64,000 nt of DNA from Dehalococcoidia bacterium (GTDB taxonomy: Bacteria > Chloroflexota > Dehalococcoidia > Lucifugimonadales > Australimonadaceae). A model generated the notes under the pieces. That model was not told where the DNA came from and ran no database searches. It saw only the letters and a list, made by a program, of their open reading frames with translations. The translations under genes were made by a program, and so were the position numbers. Shown here piece after piece: positions 1-9,610 of this stretch; the stretch's first letter is position 1; the number at the start of each line of letters is the position of its first letter. The stretch lies in the NCBI GenBank assembly GCA_965201135.1, contig OZ241751.1, forward strand, positions 948,248-1,012,247, read 5' to 3'.

Positions 1-408
1 GACGGTTTGGCTCAGCGACCGCAAGAAGGCGTGAACGGAGTGCATGGTCTTGATCTCCGCTCTGTCGAACGGCGCAGGGAAGGCGGCGCGCAGCGTTTGC
101 TGCGTATGGCCGTCCGGCAAGTAGTAGAACGTCACCACGTCGATGTCGTTCGGGGCCGCATTTTCCTGGGACTCCTTGTCCTCGACGAAACTGCCGTCGA
201 CCCACTGGAAGCCGCTGACCAGCCCCGCCTGATGCAATTTGGCGCGGTAGTCCAGGAATCCCGTCAGAAGCCGCCGCCGTTCGGGGGAGCCGCCGAACCG
301 GTCGACGACCTCCGTGAGAGAGACGGAGTAGGGCGACCACTCATCCTCGCTTGCGCCGTCCCCGGTGAACGGCGGCAAGAGTCCATACTCGAAATCCGGG
401 ATAGGCAT
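1..408 (-). CDS. Pol-beta-fold nucleotidyltransferase-like protein (DUF6932-like); 5' part only, gene runs off the left edge
   Basis: Absent from the ORF track because it has no stop in the window. ATG at 408-406 is preceded by GGAGGAG (minus strand, ~424-418). Hand translation: MPIPDFEYGLLPPFTGDGASEDEWSPYSVSLTEVVDRFGGSPERRRLLTGFLDYRAKLHQAGLVSGFQWVDGSFVEDKESQENAAPNDIDVVTFYYLPDG... The frame stays open to position 1. It contains a minimal nucleotidyltransferase signature, G-S...D-x-D (DGSF...NDIDVV). Confidence 0.5.
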   Translation of the reverse strand, partial: MPIPDFEYGLLPPFTGDGASEDEWSPYSVSLTEVVDRFGGSPERRRLLTGFLDYRAKLHQAGLVSGFQWVDGSFVEDKESQENAAPNDIDVVTFYYLPDGHTQQTLRAAFPAPFDRAEIKTMHSVHAFLRSLSQTV

Positions 409-519
409 TGCCCGGCTCTCCTCCTAGCGGCTGTGATGAGCGGCGCGCTCGCCCGCGGGCGGGTATGCTACACTCCCAACCCCCAACGGGGCAATGCCCT
501 CTTGACGCGAACGCCCCAC

Positions 520-3500
520 CTACCCTCCCCCCTTGCGCGCGCTCCGCGCCTTCTCGAGGCGCCGCGTCACTAAGTCGCGCACGGCCTCGCATACCCCGTC
601 CCGCTCGCCCTCCGTCAGCCCCAACGCATCGAACACAACCCCGTCTATCGCCCTCCGCTCCGGCGACGGATCCAGAACGTCCCAATCCGTCGAGCGGAAG
701 ATGCTGCGTTCAATTTCCGGCAATTCCGCCAGCAGAACGGGCATAGACTCTATTTCGTAGACTTCCGCCTCCAGAACTCCTGCGCCAAAGTTAGACCGCC
801 CCAACGTGTTCATAAAGAGTTGAAACAGCGATGAATTCATCACGACGCACAACCCCGCAACGTTCTCATCTTGGCATGTCAATTCGTAAAGCGTGTCGCC
901 GCCGAAGACGCTATTGGCGTTCAGGAACGTGCGCGAAGTCTTGTCTACTCTGCGATTGTGCAGCAAATGCGCGGGGCGCCGTTCCCCCAGTCCGTACCAT
1001 AGCCTGCGGGACGCCACGCTGGCGCGCTTGTGAAACCCCTGCGCCTCGCCCCAGCGGATGTAGTCGAGGGCGGCGGTTCCGGCGAGCGCCTCGCGGTCTT
1101 CGTTGCAGAGGAAGAGGCGGCAGGGGAGCGTTTCAGGGTCGACGAGGATGCTGCGCGACTCTTGCGGCGAGGTCATCACCGGGGCGAGGAAGCGCTCCTC
1201 GATGCCGAGGCGGTCGGCGTCGGAGGGGTAGAGATAGAAGAAGTCGTTCGCGCCGGTCTTCACGCCGAATTTGACTTCGGCGGCGTCGCCGAGGCGGACG
1301 AGTTTGCCCGCGCCTTTGCGGAGCACATCGTGGTAGATATCGGGCGCGCGGAGATAGACCGCGCCCCACTTGTCGGCGGGCGAGAGTTGCAAGTCCGTCG
1401 CTTGGGCCTCCAACGGACCGTTGGCAACGGCGATCTCGCGCCGCTTCGCGGAGTCGGCCATCGCTATGTCGAAGGGAGCGCGGAGGGAGACGAACCGCGT
1501 CTCGGCGCCGCTCGCGGGCGGCGTCTTCTGAATGACGCTGATGATCGTGTTAATGTCGGCGGTGGAGAACTGCCGTTCGACGGCGCTTTCGTAGACGGCG
1601 CGGACGGAGGCGTTGGCGAGGAGGTGCGCCTTCAGCGGCTCGCCGTAGGCGACGTCCAGCCATGAGTTGGAGCAGATGAACACGTGCATGCCGCCCGGCG
1701 CGAGCAATTGGAGGGCGCGGAGATAGAAGTAGCAGTAGAGGTCGGAACGCCCTCTCGCGGCGGGCGCGTACAGGCGCTCCAGTTCGCGCTTCGACGCGCC
1801 GATCTCCTCCTGCCGGACGTAGGGCGGATTGGCGACGGCGATATCGAAGCCTCCGCGCTTCGCGAAGACGTCGGCGAACTCGATGCGCCAGTCCACGGAG
1901 CCGGGCGCTCCGCTATCGTCCAGCGCGTCGGCGAGCGCGGCTTTCGCGTTTTCGACGTCGCGTTCGGCGTCCTGCTTGGCCTCGCCGGCGGCGGCGAAGT
2001 GGCGCTCCTTAGCGCGGTCGAGCGCGTCGGCTTTTTCGAGCGCGGCGCGCCGGAACAGGTCGGGGTAGTCCGCCGGGTTGGGGTCCGGGGCGAGGAGGCT
2101 GTCGCCGCAGGCGATCTTGAAGTCGAGGTTGGGGAGCGGCTGCGGCGTTGGGCCTTCGTAATCGACGGCGAGGGAGAGCCAGAGGCGGAGCATAGCGATG
2201 TTGACGGCGAACTCGTCCTTGTCGGCGCCGTGGAGGCAGCGCTCGATGACGCGGCGCTTGAGGTCGTAGAGGTAGTTGGGGCTGGCGCGGAGGGCGTCGG
2301 CGTCGAGCGCGGACGCGAGTTCGACGAGTTCCTGCAGCATGCCGAGGAGGTATGCGCCGGAGCCGCAGGCGGGGTCGACGATGGCGGCGTCGCGGAGCGC
2401 GTCGCGGATCGCCGCTCCCTGCGCCACCGCGCCGGGCGAGAGGACGCGGTCGTCCACGAAGGCGTCGAGGTCGGACGCGCTGAGCGCGGGGATGCGTTGG
2501 CGCAGGAAGCCCTTGAGCGCCTCGCGGCACATAAAGGCGACGACGGGGCGCGGCGTATAGTAGGCGCCGGACGAATGCCGGCCGGTGACGAGTTCCTCGA
2601 ACACCTTGCCCAGCATCTCCGGGTCGACAGCGACCTCGACATCGAACGGCGTGGACTCCATCACGGTGAAGTTGAACTTGCCGAACAACTCCGCGAGGAC
2701 GGGCTCGACGGCGGCGTCGGGAACGGAGACGCCCTCGCGCCTGTCGAGGTCGGTTTTGGCGAAGAGTCCGCCGTTGAGGAAGGGAACGCTTCCGATGAAC
2801 AGGGCGAGCGGCTTGCCCGCCCAGTTGAAGTCTTGCGATTGGGGGTTGTTGAGGCCGGCGAAGAAGAGCGGGCGCAGCCGCTCGCCGTAGAAACCGACGC
2901 TGCCCCGGTTGGCCTGATAGTCCGCCCAGAGCGCGTCGAGGTACTCCTGCCTGCCGCCGAACGTCAGCCATCCCTTGCGGGAGAGGAAGTAGACGAACAT
3001 TAGGCGGTTGAAGAGCGTGAGGACGAACAGGCGCTTCGCGTCGTCCTCGGCCTCGCCGGGGCCGAACCCCTCGACGAGGGCGACGGCGGCGTCGAACAGT
3101 TCGCGGTATTTGCGGAAGAACGCGGCGGTCACGCGCTCGACGTCGAAGGCGGCCTCGACGGCGCCGAACACGTTGCCGTCTTTCCTCCATTCGGAGTAGA
3201 CGTTGGCGATCTGCTGAACGGCGGTGCGGCGGGGCAGGCCGCGCTCGACGACGATGCGGCGGAGCGTTGGGCGCGCCCCTGCGAACGACGGGCGAATGAG
3301 GTGGAGTTGCGGACGGCGCCCCGCCCGCCCCTGCGCCGCGGCGCCGCCGCGTTGCGCTGCGTTCCCGTTGGGTTGCGCTGCGCCGCCGTTGCGTTGCGCT
3401 GCGTTCCCGTTGGGTTGCGCCTCGCCGCCGCCGGCGAACGCGATCAGAAGATTCTCGCCGAGGCTCTCCGCGATGCGCTTGGCGGCTGCGACGGCCTCGG

Positions 3501-3774
3501 CTGCGCGGACGCGGCTCGGCGGCGCCTGGGCCTGGCCAAGGTCGACGTACAGCGCCTGCGCGCCGTCAAGCGACGCGACGCGCCGGGCGTCCGAGGGCAG
3601 CCGCCCGCCGCCAACGCCCTCGAGGCTGACCAGCCCGTCGCGCGGCTCGAAGTCCAGCGCCTCTGCGAAGAGCCGGCGTACCTCGCGCTCGCGGTCGTCC
3701 GGGGACGCGGCTGCGAAGAAGGCGTCGAGGCGCGCGTCAACCTCGCGCGCGTCGTTCGGATCTGCGATGGGCAT
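520..3774 (-). CDS. Large gamma-class N6-adenine DNA methyltransferase (Eco57I/type IIG-like architecture, no nuclease motif seen)
   Basis: 1084-aa ORF. Motif I is VDPACGSGAYLLG and motif IV is ANPPYVRQEE. The C-terminal FGVKTGANDFFY-type region resembles TaqI/Eco57I-like specificity domains. An in-frame 42-nt tandem duplication at ~3350-3430 encodes AQPNGNAAQR(N/G)GGA twice. I saw no PD-(D/E)xK motif in the N-terminus. Confidence 0.8.
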   Translation of the reverse strand: MPIADPNDAREVDARLDAFFAAASPDDREREVRRLFAEALDFEPRDGLVSLEGVGGGRLPSDARRVASLDGAQALYVDLGQAQAPPSRVRAAEAVAAAKRIAESLGENLLIAFAGGGEAQPNGNAAQRNGGAAQPNGNAAQRGGAAAQGRAGRRPQLHLIRPSFAGARPTLRRIVVERGLPRRTAVQQIANVYSEWRKDGNVFGAVEAAFDVERVTAAFFRKYRELFDAAVALVEGFGPGEAEDDAKRLFVLTLFNRLMFVYFLSRKGWLTFGGRQEYLDALWADYQANRGSVGFYGERLRPLFFAGLNNPQSQDFNWAGKPLALFIGSVPFLNGGLFAKTDLDRREGVSVPDAAVEPVLAELFGKFNFTVMESTPFDVEVAVDPEMLGKVFEELVTGRHSSGAYYTPRPVVAFMCREALKGFLRQRIPALSASDLDAFVDDRVLSPGAVAQGAAIRDALRDAAIVDPACGSGAYLLGMLQELVELASALDADALRASPNYLYDLKRRVIERCLHGADKDEFAVNIAMLRLWLSLAVDYEGPTPQPLPNLDFKIACGDSLLAPDPNPADYPDLFRRAALEKADALDRAKERHFAAAGEAKQDAERDVENAKAALADALDDSGAPGSVDWRIEFADVFAKRGGFDIAVANPPYVRQEEIGASKRELERLYAPAARGRSDLYCYFYLRALQLLAPGGMHVFICSNSWLDVAYGEPLKAHLLANASVRAVYESAVERQFSTADINTIISVIQKTPPASGAETRFVSLRAPFDIAMADSAKRREIAVANGPLEAQATDLQLSPADKWGAVYLRAPDIYHDVLRKGAGKLVRLGDAAEVKFGVKTGANDFFYLYPSDADRLGIEERFLAPVMTSPQESRSILVDPETLPCRLFLCNEDREALAGTAALDYIRWGEAQGFHKRASVASRRLWYGLGERRPAHLLHNRRVDKTSRTFLNANSVFGGDTLYELTCQDENVAGLCVVMNSSLFQLFMNTLGRSNFGAGVLEAEVYEIESMPVLLAELPEIERSIFRSTDWDVLDPSPERRAIDGVVFDALGLTEGERDGVCEAVRDLVTRRLEKARSARKGGG

Positions 3775-3842
3775 ATCGAGGCGAAAGCCTAGCGCCGCCG
3801 CGCCCGCGCCGCAACCGCGCCCGGGCTCCGCGCCGGGGGCCC

Positions 3843-4672
3843 GTCATTCCCGCGTAGGCAGGAATGACGATGAGGGGTAGGTTCCCGCTTTCGCAGGAAT
3901 GACGTGGCGCCGGGGAGAACGTGGAGACGGGGGCGCAGCCCCGTCTGCGGCGCTATCGCGCCGAATGGATTCCTGCCTACGCAGGAATGACGATGAGGGG
4001 TAGGTTCCCGCTTTCGCAGGAATGACGTGGAGACGGGGAGAACGTGGAGACGGGGCGCAGCCCCGTCTGCGGCGCTTTCGCGCCGAATGGATTCCTGCCT
4101 ATGCAGGAATGACGATGAGGGGTAGGTTCCCGCTTTCGCGGGAATGACGTGGCGCCGGGGAGAACGTGGAGACGGGGCGCAGCCCCGTCTGTGGCGCTAT
4201 CGCGCCGAATGGATTCCTGCCTATGCAGGAATGACGATGAGGGGTAGGTTCCCGCTTTCGCGGGAATGACGTGGCGCCGGGGAGAACGTGGAGACGGGGC
4301 GCAGCCCCGTCTGTGGCGCTTTCGCGCCGAATGGATTCCTGCCTACGCAGGAATGACGATGAGGGGTAGGTTCCCGCTTTCGCGGGAATGACGATGAGGG
4401 GTAGGTTCCCGCTTTCGCGGGAATGACGTGGCACCGGGGAGAACGTGGAGACGGGGCGCAGCCCCGTCTGCGGCGCTTTCGCGCCGAATGGATTCCTGCC
4501 TACGCAGGAATGACGATGAGGGGTAGGTTCCCGCTTTCGCAGGAATGACGTGGCGCCGGGGAGAACGTGGAGACGGGGCGCAGCCCCGTCTGCGGCGCTT
4601 TCGCGCCGAATGGATTCCTGCCTACGCAGGAATGACGATGAGGGGTAGGTTCCCGCTTTCGCAGGAATGACG
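3843..4672. repeat. Tandem array (~6.7 copies, 122-bp period) of a composite REP-like unit made of three hairpin modules
   Basis: The motif ggattcctgcc recurs at 3967, 4089, 4211, 4333, 4490 and 4612. Spacing is 122 bp, with one 157-bp unit carrying an extra 35-bp module. Each unit has three hairpins: attcctgc-ctac-gcaggaat, ttcccgc-tttc-gcgggaa and gacgggg-cgcag-ccccgtc. There are no unique spacers. Confidence 0.9.
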
Positions 4673-4867
4673 ATGAGAGAAGGAATGGCGATCATAGAGG
4701 GGGGCGCGACGATAACGGGGCGCGGAATGGAGACCAACAAGCGCGAGCGTCGGCGATACGCCCAAGACGGGGCGCTACGCGCCCCGTCTCCCCTAACCCC
4801 CCGGGGCCGCGTCATTCCCGCGGAAGCGGGAATCCGGCGGCGCGCGGGGTTGAACGCGCCTCCGCCG

Positions 4868-4897
4868 TTGACCTTTCGCGCCCGCCTTGCCTAGAAT
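4868..4897 (+). promoter_or_regulatory. Sigma70-like promoter TTGACC-18-TAGAAT upstream of the bifunctional nuclease gene
   Basis: ttgacc at 4868-4873 and tagaat at 4892-4897, followed by AGGAGG at ~4905 and ATG at 4920. Confidence 0.45.
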
Positions 4898-4919
4898 GGA
4901 AGTCAGGAGGTCGCTTGCC

Positions 4920-5606
4920 ATGCAAGAGATGCTCATAGACAGCATTCGGGTCAGCCTGATGAACTACCAGCGCGTGGTGATCCTCAAGGAGCGCCGCGCC
5001 GACCGCTACCTGCCGATCCGCATCGGGTCGCCGGAGGCGGACGCGATCGCGCTGCGCCTGCAGGACGTCGCGGCGGCGCGCCCGCTGACGCACGACCTGC
5101 TGCGCTCCGTCATCACCGCGCTGGGCGCCACCGTGCGCCATGTCGTCGTGACCGACTTGGAGCAGGACACGTTCTTCGCCAAACTCGCGCTCCGCCTAGC
5201 CGACGGCACGGAGGCGGAGATCGACTGCCGCCCCAGCGACGCCATAGCCATCGCGGTTCGGGAAGGGCAGTTGGTCACCGGAAAGGACGGCGAGGAGCGC
5301 TGGTTCTCGTCCCCGCAGGAGGCGGAGGCGTTTCTGAAGAAGGAAGGCTACGAGGAGGCCGAGGCGGGCGACGCGGCCCGATCCAAAGCGCCGATCTATG
5401 TCGAGGAGCAGGTGCTGGAGCGCGCCGGGGTCACTCTGGACGGAGACGTGAAAGACGAGGAGAGCGACGAGGCGCGCCAGCCCCGCCGGAGGCCCCGCTC
5501 CGCGCAGAAGGGCGTGAGCCAGGAGGAGATCGAGAAGATGTCCGCCTTCTCCGATTTCCTGCAAGACCTGCCCGGACTCGAAGACCTCGGCAAGAAGGAA
5601 TCGTAG
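4920..5606 (+). CDS. Bifunctional nuclease family protein (DUF151/BFN) with acidic C-terminal extension
   Basis: In frame with ORF 4887..5606. ATG 4920 has AGGAGG about 9 nt upstream. MQEMLIDSIRVSLMNYQRVVILKE...RPLTHDLL...CRPSDAIAIAV matches the conserved DUF151 core. Confidence 0.8.
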   Translation: MQEMLIDSIRVSLMNYQRVVILKERRADRYLPIRIGSPEADAIALRLQDVAAARPLTHDLLRSVITALGATVRHVVVTDLEQDTFFAKLALRLADGTEAEIDCRPSDAIAIAVREGQLVTGKDGEERWFSSPQEAEAFLKKEGYEEAEAGDAARSKAPIYVEEQVLERAGVTLDGDVKDEESDEARQPRRRPRSAQKGVSQEEIEKMSAFSDFLQDLPGLEDLGKKES

Positions 5607-5660
5607 GAGCCTAGCGCGATTCCACTGCTCCTCACGCCATTGCGCCGGGCGCGCGCCCGA

Positions 5661-5756
5661 CGGGTTTCCGCCTACGAGGGATGGTGGCGAAGGGGTAGGT
5701 CGCGTGCCGCCCAGTTGGGGCGGGGTTCCCGCTTTCGCGGGAATGACGGCATAGGA
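5661..5756. repeat. REP-like hairpin modules (degenerate copies)
   Basis: gggtttccgcctacgaggga... and ggttcccgctttcgcgggaatgacgg are the same modules as in the 3843-4672 array. Confidence 0.7.
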
Positions 5757-5841
5757 GGGAATGGCGCGGCGGATTATGGAAGGCGACAGGTATGCGAAAG
5801 AGGGTGCGCGACAGGGTAGGCGATAGGGTATGCGAAGGGGC

Positions 5842-6702
5842 TTAATTCGGGTCGAAGAACGAGTCGTAGGCGCTGTGCCAGACGTTTACGGCGGCGTCCC
5901 AGATGCTTCCGATGATCGGCCAGTCGCGGGCGACGGGGTTGCCCCACTCCGCGATGAGGAGGTAGCCGTAGATGAAGTTGACGACGATGAGGATGAACGC
6001 GGCGGGAATGATCGTCCAATACCACTTCGCCTTGCCGAAGATGATGAGGTAGAGCACGGTGTAGGCGGGGACGGCGATGTGGAAGCCGATGATCCAGATG
6101 CCCAGCAGCAGCGCCGCCGTGGTGACGAATAGTTGAACCCAGCGAAGAGCGACGACGCTCGGCGCGTCGGTCGTTTCGAGAAAGCCGGTGTCCATAATCT
6201 GCTTCGGCTGCTCGCTCGACGCGGCCTCGCTGGGCACGGCCGCCGCGCGCGGCGGGAATATGGCGCGCCAAACTATGAGCAAGGGGCGCCCTAGGAACCG
6301 GCGCGGCAAGTTCAAGGCGCGATGCTGGAGAACGCCCCGGACCGGACGCCAAAGCAGCTGGAGAACGCGCCGCACCGGACGCCAAAGCAGAGAGAGCGCG
6401 CTTCCGATTGGCGGGAGGACGACGCGCTCAATCCAGTCCAGCGCTCCGAGTATGGTGGCGGCGCGCCACAGCCAAAACGGAGCGCCGAAGAAGATGGCTA
6501 ATCGGGGGAGCAGCCAGCCGGGGTTGCTCCAGTCGAGCCGCCAGGGGAGCCATGCCCAAGCGCCGACGTCTTTGTCAACGGAGTCCCAGTACATATAGAC
6601 GAAGAAAGCCCCCACCGCCAAGAGGAGGATAGCCTCGCCTATGAACTCCATCGAGGCGAAGCGGCTGCGGCGCCGTCCGCCGTTGCCCGCCGGCGCCGCC
6701 AT
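5842..6702 (-). CDS. tctB: Putative TctB-like small membrane subunit of the tripartite tricarboxylate transporter (unusually long, 286 aa)
   Basis: This is the last 861 nt of the 5842..8331 ORF frame. ATG 6702-6700 overlaps the TGA of tctA (TGATG). An alternative start is ATG 6651 (MEFIGEAILLL...). It has several hydrophobic helices and sits in the position expected for TctB. An internal direct repeat reads LLWRPVRRVLQ / LLWRPVRGVLQ. Confidence 0.5.
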   Translation of the reverse strand: MAAPAGNGGRRRSRFASMEFIGEAILLLAVGAFFVYMYWDSVDKDVGAWAWLPWRLDWSNPGWLLPRLAIFFGAPFWLWRAATILGALDWIERVVLPPIGSALSLLWRPVRRVLQLLWRPVRGVLQHRALNLPRRFLGRPLLIVWRAIFPPRAAAVPSEAASSEQPKQIMDTGFLETTDAPSVVALRWVQLFVTTAALLLGIWIIGFHIAVPAYTVLYLIIFGKAKWYWTIIPAAFILIVVNFIYGYLLIAEWGNPVARDWPIIGSIWDAAVNVWHSAYDSFFDPN

Positions 6703-8279
6703 CACTCCAGAACCTCTTGCCGGCCTTCGCCGACGGGCGCGCCCTGGGGCTGGATGCGCGCCGCGCTCCTCTGCACGCGCAACCCGATGAGTCCTCCGAC
6801 GATGACGACTCCTATGATGACGAGGAACTGCCAGCGCTCGAACATTCCCCAACCGTAGGCTTGAGTGGCGATCGACATCCATTTCTCGACGACCTTGCCG
6901 AGCACGACGGCGATGATGATGGGCGGGCGCGGCCAGGCGTAAGCCTTCATAAAGAGGCCGAGCACGCCGAACGCCGCGAAGAGCGCCAGGTCGCCCACGG
7001 ACTGCGACGTTTGGTAGACGCCGATGACGATGACGGCCATGACGAGGGGGAAGAGGATGTTGGGCGGGATGACGGTGACCTTCGCGATGAGCGGGGCGAA
7101 GCGCAGCACGACGGGGACGACGATGATGTTCGCGAGCACGATCGTCCAGACGAGCGCGATGGTGAGGTCGAGGTGCTGGTTCAGCATCGGGGGGCCGGGC
7201 TGAATGCCGACGAGGATGAGCATCGCCAGGATGAGCGCCATGCCCGGGCTGCCAGGTATGGAGAAGAAGAGCGTGGGGACGAGCACGCCGCCGTCTATCG
7301 CGTTGTTGGAGGCTTCCGGCGCGATGACGCCGCGAATGTCGCCGGTGCCGAACGATTCTGTCGCGCCGGGCTCGGTCTGGCGCGCCTGAGCGTAAGCGAT
7401 CCAGTGGGCGGGGACGGCGCCGAGTCCGGGCATCATTCCGACGAAGGCGCCGATGAGCGACGATCTCGTGATGAGCCACTTGTGGCGCATCGCCGCGCGC
7501 ATGCCCTTCTTCACGTCGCTGCCGGAGCCGGAGAGCACCTCGTCCAAGCGCTCGGTCGCTATCGTCGTGTTGCTGACCACGAGGTTGGCGAGTTCGGGTA
7601 TGGCGAAGAGGCCGAGCAGCACCGGCACGAGGGGCAGTTCGTCCCAGAGGTAGGAGATGCCCATATTGGCGCGGACCTCGCCGGTGATGGGAGAGAAGCC
7701 GATGAGGGAGATGGCGAGGCCGAAGCCGGCGGTGAGGAGTCCTTTGGCCATTGCGCCCGAACTGAGGAGGGCGACGGTGCCGATGCCGAGCAGGCCGAGC
7801 AGGAAGAATTCGGCGGCGCCGAAGAGTTTGAGCAACTCGCGGGCGAAGGGAAGCACGGCCATTAGGAGGGCGGCGCCGACGACGCCGCCGATGAGGGAGG
7901 AGACGTAGACGGCGCCGAGCGCCTCGCCGGCGCGCCCTTGCCGCGCCATCGGATAGCCGTCGATGATCGTCGCTTGGGAGCCGCGGGAGCCCGGCACGCC
8001 GATGAGGATGGAGGGTATGGGCTCGGTGGCGTCGTTGGCGGCGGCGTAGAAGACGGCGGCGGGGAGCGCGATGAAGGGGTCGAGTTGCGCGGCGAACGAC
8101 AGGAGGAGAATGAACACGGGGACGCCGCCGGCGATCATCACGCCGTTGAACAGCGCGATGGGGGTGATGATGGCGAACGCCAGCAGCGGCCCCGGGCTGA
8201 AGAGTTGCCTGGCCGCGTCGTCGCTTGCGCCCAGCACGGCTTGGACGCTCTCCAGCAATGACGCGAACGTGTCTCCCAT
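6702..8279 (-). CDS. tctA: Tripartite tricarboxylate transporter large permease TctA
   Basis: 525-aa polytopic ORF. GVIAPEASNNAIDGGVLVPTLFFSIPGSPGMALILAML and the GVPGSRGSQATIIDGYPM blocks are typical of TctA. Confidence 0.9.
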   Translation of the reverse strand: MGDTFASLLESVQAVLGASDDAARQLFSPGPLLAFAIITPIALFNGVMIAGGVPVFILLLSFAAQLDPFIALPAAVFYAAANDATEPIPSILIGVPGSRGSQATIIDGYPMARQGRAGEALGAVYVSSLIGGVVGAALLMAVLPFARELLKLFGAAEFFLLGLLGIGTVALLSSGAMAKGLLTAGFGLAISLIGFSPITGEVRANMGISYLWDELPLVPVLLGLFAIPELANLVVSNTTIATERLDEVLSGSGSDVKKGMRAAMRHKWLITRSSLIGAFVGMMPGLGAVPAHWIAYAQARQTEPGATESFGTGDIRGVIAPEASNNAIDGGVLVPTLFFSIPGSPGMALILAMLILVGIQPGPPMLNQHLDLTIALVWTIVLANIIVVPVVLRFAPLIAKVTVIPPNILFPLVMAVIVIGVYQTSQSVGDLALFAAFGVLGLFMKAYAWPRPPIIIAVVLGKVVEKWMSIATQAYGWGMFERWQFLVIIGVVIVGGLIGLRVQRSAARIQPQGAPVGEGRQEVLE

Positions 8280-8353
8280 CGCGGCGCCTCGTCCTTTCTA
8301 CGGCGCGCTCGGCGGCGGGGCGGAATTCCACCCCGCCGCTCAGACGCTTGAGC

Positions 8354-9610
8354 CTAGTTGACCGTCAGGGAGGCGACGCCGCTGAGGTCGAGCGCGATGG
8401 CGCGCGTCTCCGCGTCGGCGGCGCGGACGACCTCGACGATCTCCAAGATGTCCTCGGCTCTGCCGTAGCCGTAGTCGTCGGTGTAGCCCGCGATGCTGAC
8501 GGCTTCCTTGAATCCCGCGTCGGCCACGATCTGGTCGAAGGCGGACTGCCAGTACTGCCTCACGTCGTCGGGCACGCCGGGCGGGAGGAAGAACACGCGG
8601 GAGATTTCGGTGACGAGCAGGTTGATCTCCAGCGCCGCCGCCTGCGCCTCGTTGAACTCCAGCCCGGGCAGGTCGCGGAACGAGGGCAGTTCGCCCGTGT
8701 AGCCGAGCCGAGCCAGCCAATCCGCGCTGTAGGGCTTCTTCTCATAGAAGAGCGGAACCAGCCGCCCATCCTCGATCCATTCCGGGTAGAGGCGCCCCGC
8801 CGTTCCCGGGCTGCAGCGGTTCGTTCCGGTGACCTCGCCGCGGTCGAAGGCGGCCATGATGTCGGAGGTGCCGCCGTAGCCGTAGAGGAGTTGGAACGGG
8901 CCGCCGTTTTGCGCCAGGAACTCCAGCGCGGGCTCGTTGCCCGCAGCCGCCGAGCCCACTTTGATCGTGATGCCCTTGTCCAGGATGTCTTGCCAGGAGG
9001 TCGCCACGCTTCGGTCGACGCAGAAGCCGTCCTCGTTAATGGCGAACGTGGGGGAGCCGAGGATGTGGATCGCGTCAATGTCGAACTTCGGCACATCGCC
9101 GACCAGCAATTGCCTGGCGAACCATCGAGAGTGCGTCGGGCCGATGGTGAGGCCGTCGGGCTCGGAGTCCAGCACGGCGCGGAGGCCGCGGTACTGTCCG
9201 GCGCCCGGCAGGTTCTGCACGACGAACCGGGTGCTCTCTGGGAAGTACCTCTCCGCCGTGGCTGCGACGATTCTGCTGAAGACGTCGTAGCCGCCGCCCG
9301 GGCTCGCCCCGACCTTGATGCGGATCGTCTTGCCGCCGAAGTACTCGTCGGCGTCGAAGCCTGCGGGCGGAGGCACGGGCGTCGCGGTGGCTCTTGGCCT
9401 GGGGGTCGCGGTGGGGCGGGGCGCGGCGGCGCCGCCGGCGCCGGGCGTCGGCGTGGCCGCGGGCGCAACCGTGGGCGCGGCGGTCGCCGCAGGCGCTTGC
9501 GTCGCCGTGGGCGCTTGCGTCGGCGCGGGGTCGTCGCCTCCGCAGGCGGCGAAAAGCGCCAGCGTCAGGGCGGCTGCGGCGCCGAGGGCGATAATCCGGT
9601 GAAAGCGCAT
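8354..9610 (-). CDS. tctC: TctC/Bug-family periplasmic solute-binding lipoprotein
   Basis: In frame with ORF 8354..9796. ATG 9610 is preceded by AGGAGG. The lipoprotein signal is MRFHRIIALGAAAALTLALFAACGG, followed by a Pro/Thr/Ala linker. GASPGGGYDVFSRIVA...VVQNLPGAGQ resembles the TctC core. Confidence 0.8.
   Translation of the reverse strand: MRFHRIIALGAAAALTLALFAACGGDDPAPTQAPTATQAPAATAAPTVAPAATPTPGAGGAAAPRPTATPRPRATATPVPPPAGFDADEYFGGKTIRIKVGASPGGGYDVFSRIVAATAERYFPESTRFVVQNLPGAGQYRGLRAVLDSEPDGLTIGPTHSRWFARQLLVGDVPKFDIDAIHILGSPTFAINEDGFCVDRSVATSWQDILDKGITIKVGSAAAGNEPALEFLAQNGGPFQLLYGYGGTSDIMAAFDRGEVTGTNRCSPGTAGRLYPEWIEDGRLVPLFYEKKPYSADWLARLGYTGELPSFRDLPGLEFNEAQAAALEINLLVTEISRVFFLPPGVPDDVRQYWQSAFDQIVADAGFKEAVSIAGYTDDYGYGRAEDILEIVEVVRAADAETRAIALDLSGVASLTVN

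Noticed and set aside
3843-4672. Regularly spaced repeats that could be mistaken for a CRISPR array.
   Set aside because: The whole 122-bp unit is repeated; the sequence between the hairpins is itself conserved, so there are no unique spacers. The same modules are dispersed singly across the window, and no cas genes are nearby.
4099-4815. 238-aa ORF with the repeated peptide VIPAKAGTYPSSSFLRRQESIRRES.
   Set aside because: It is simply the translation of the REP tandem array. The periodic peptide mirrors the DNA repeat, and it has no RBS or plausible start context.
5842-8331. 829-aa ORF on the minus strand.
   Set aside because: Only its last 286 codons (5842-6702) look like a membrane protein. 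The remainder is an Arg/Pro/His-rich alternative frame of the genuine tctA gene (6702-8279), a typical high-GC artefact.
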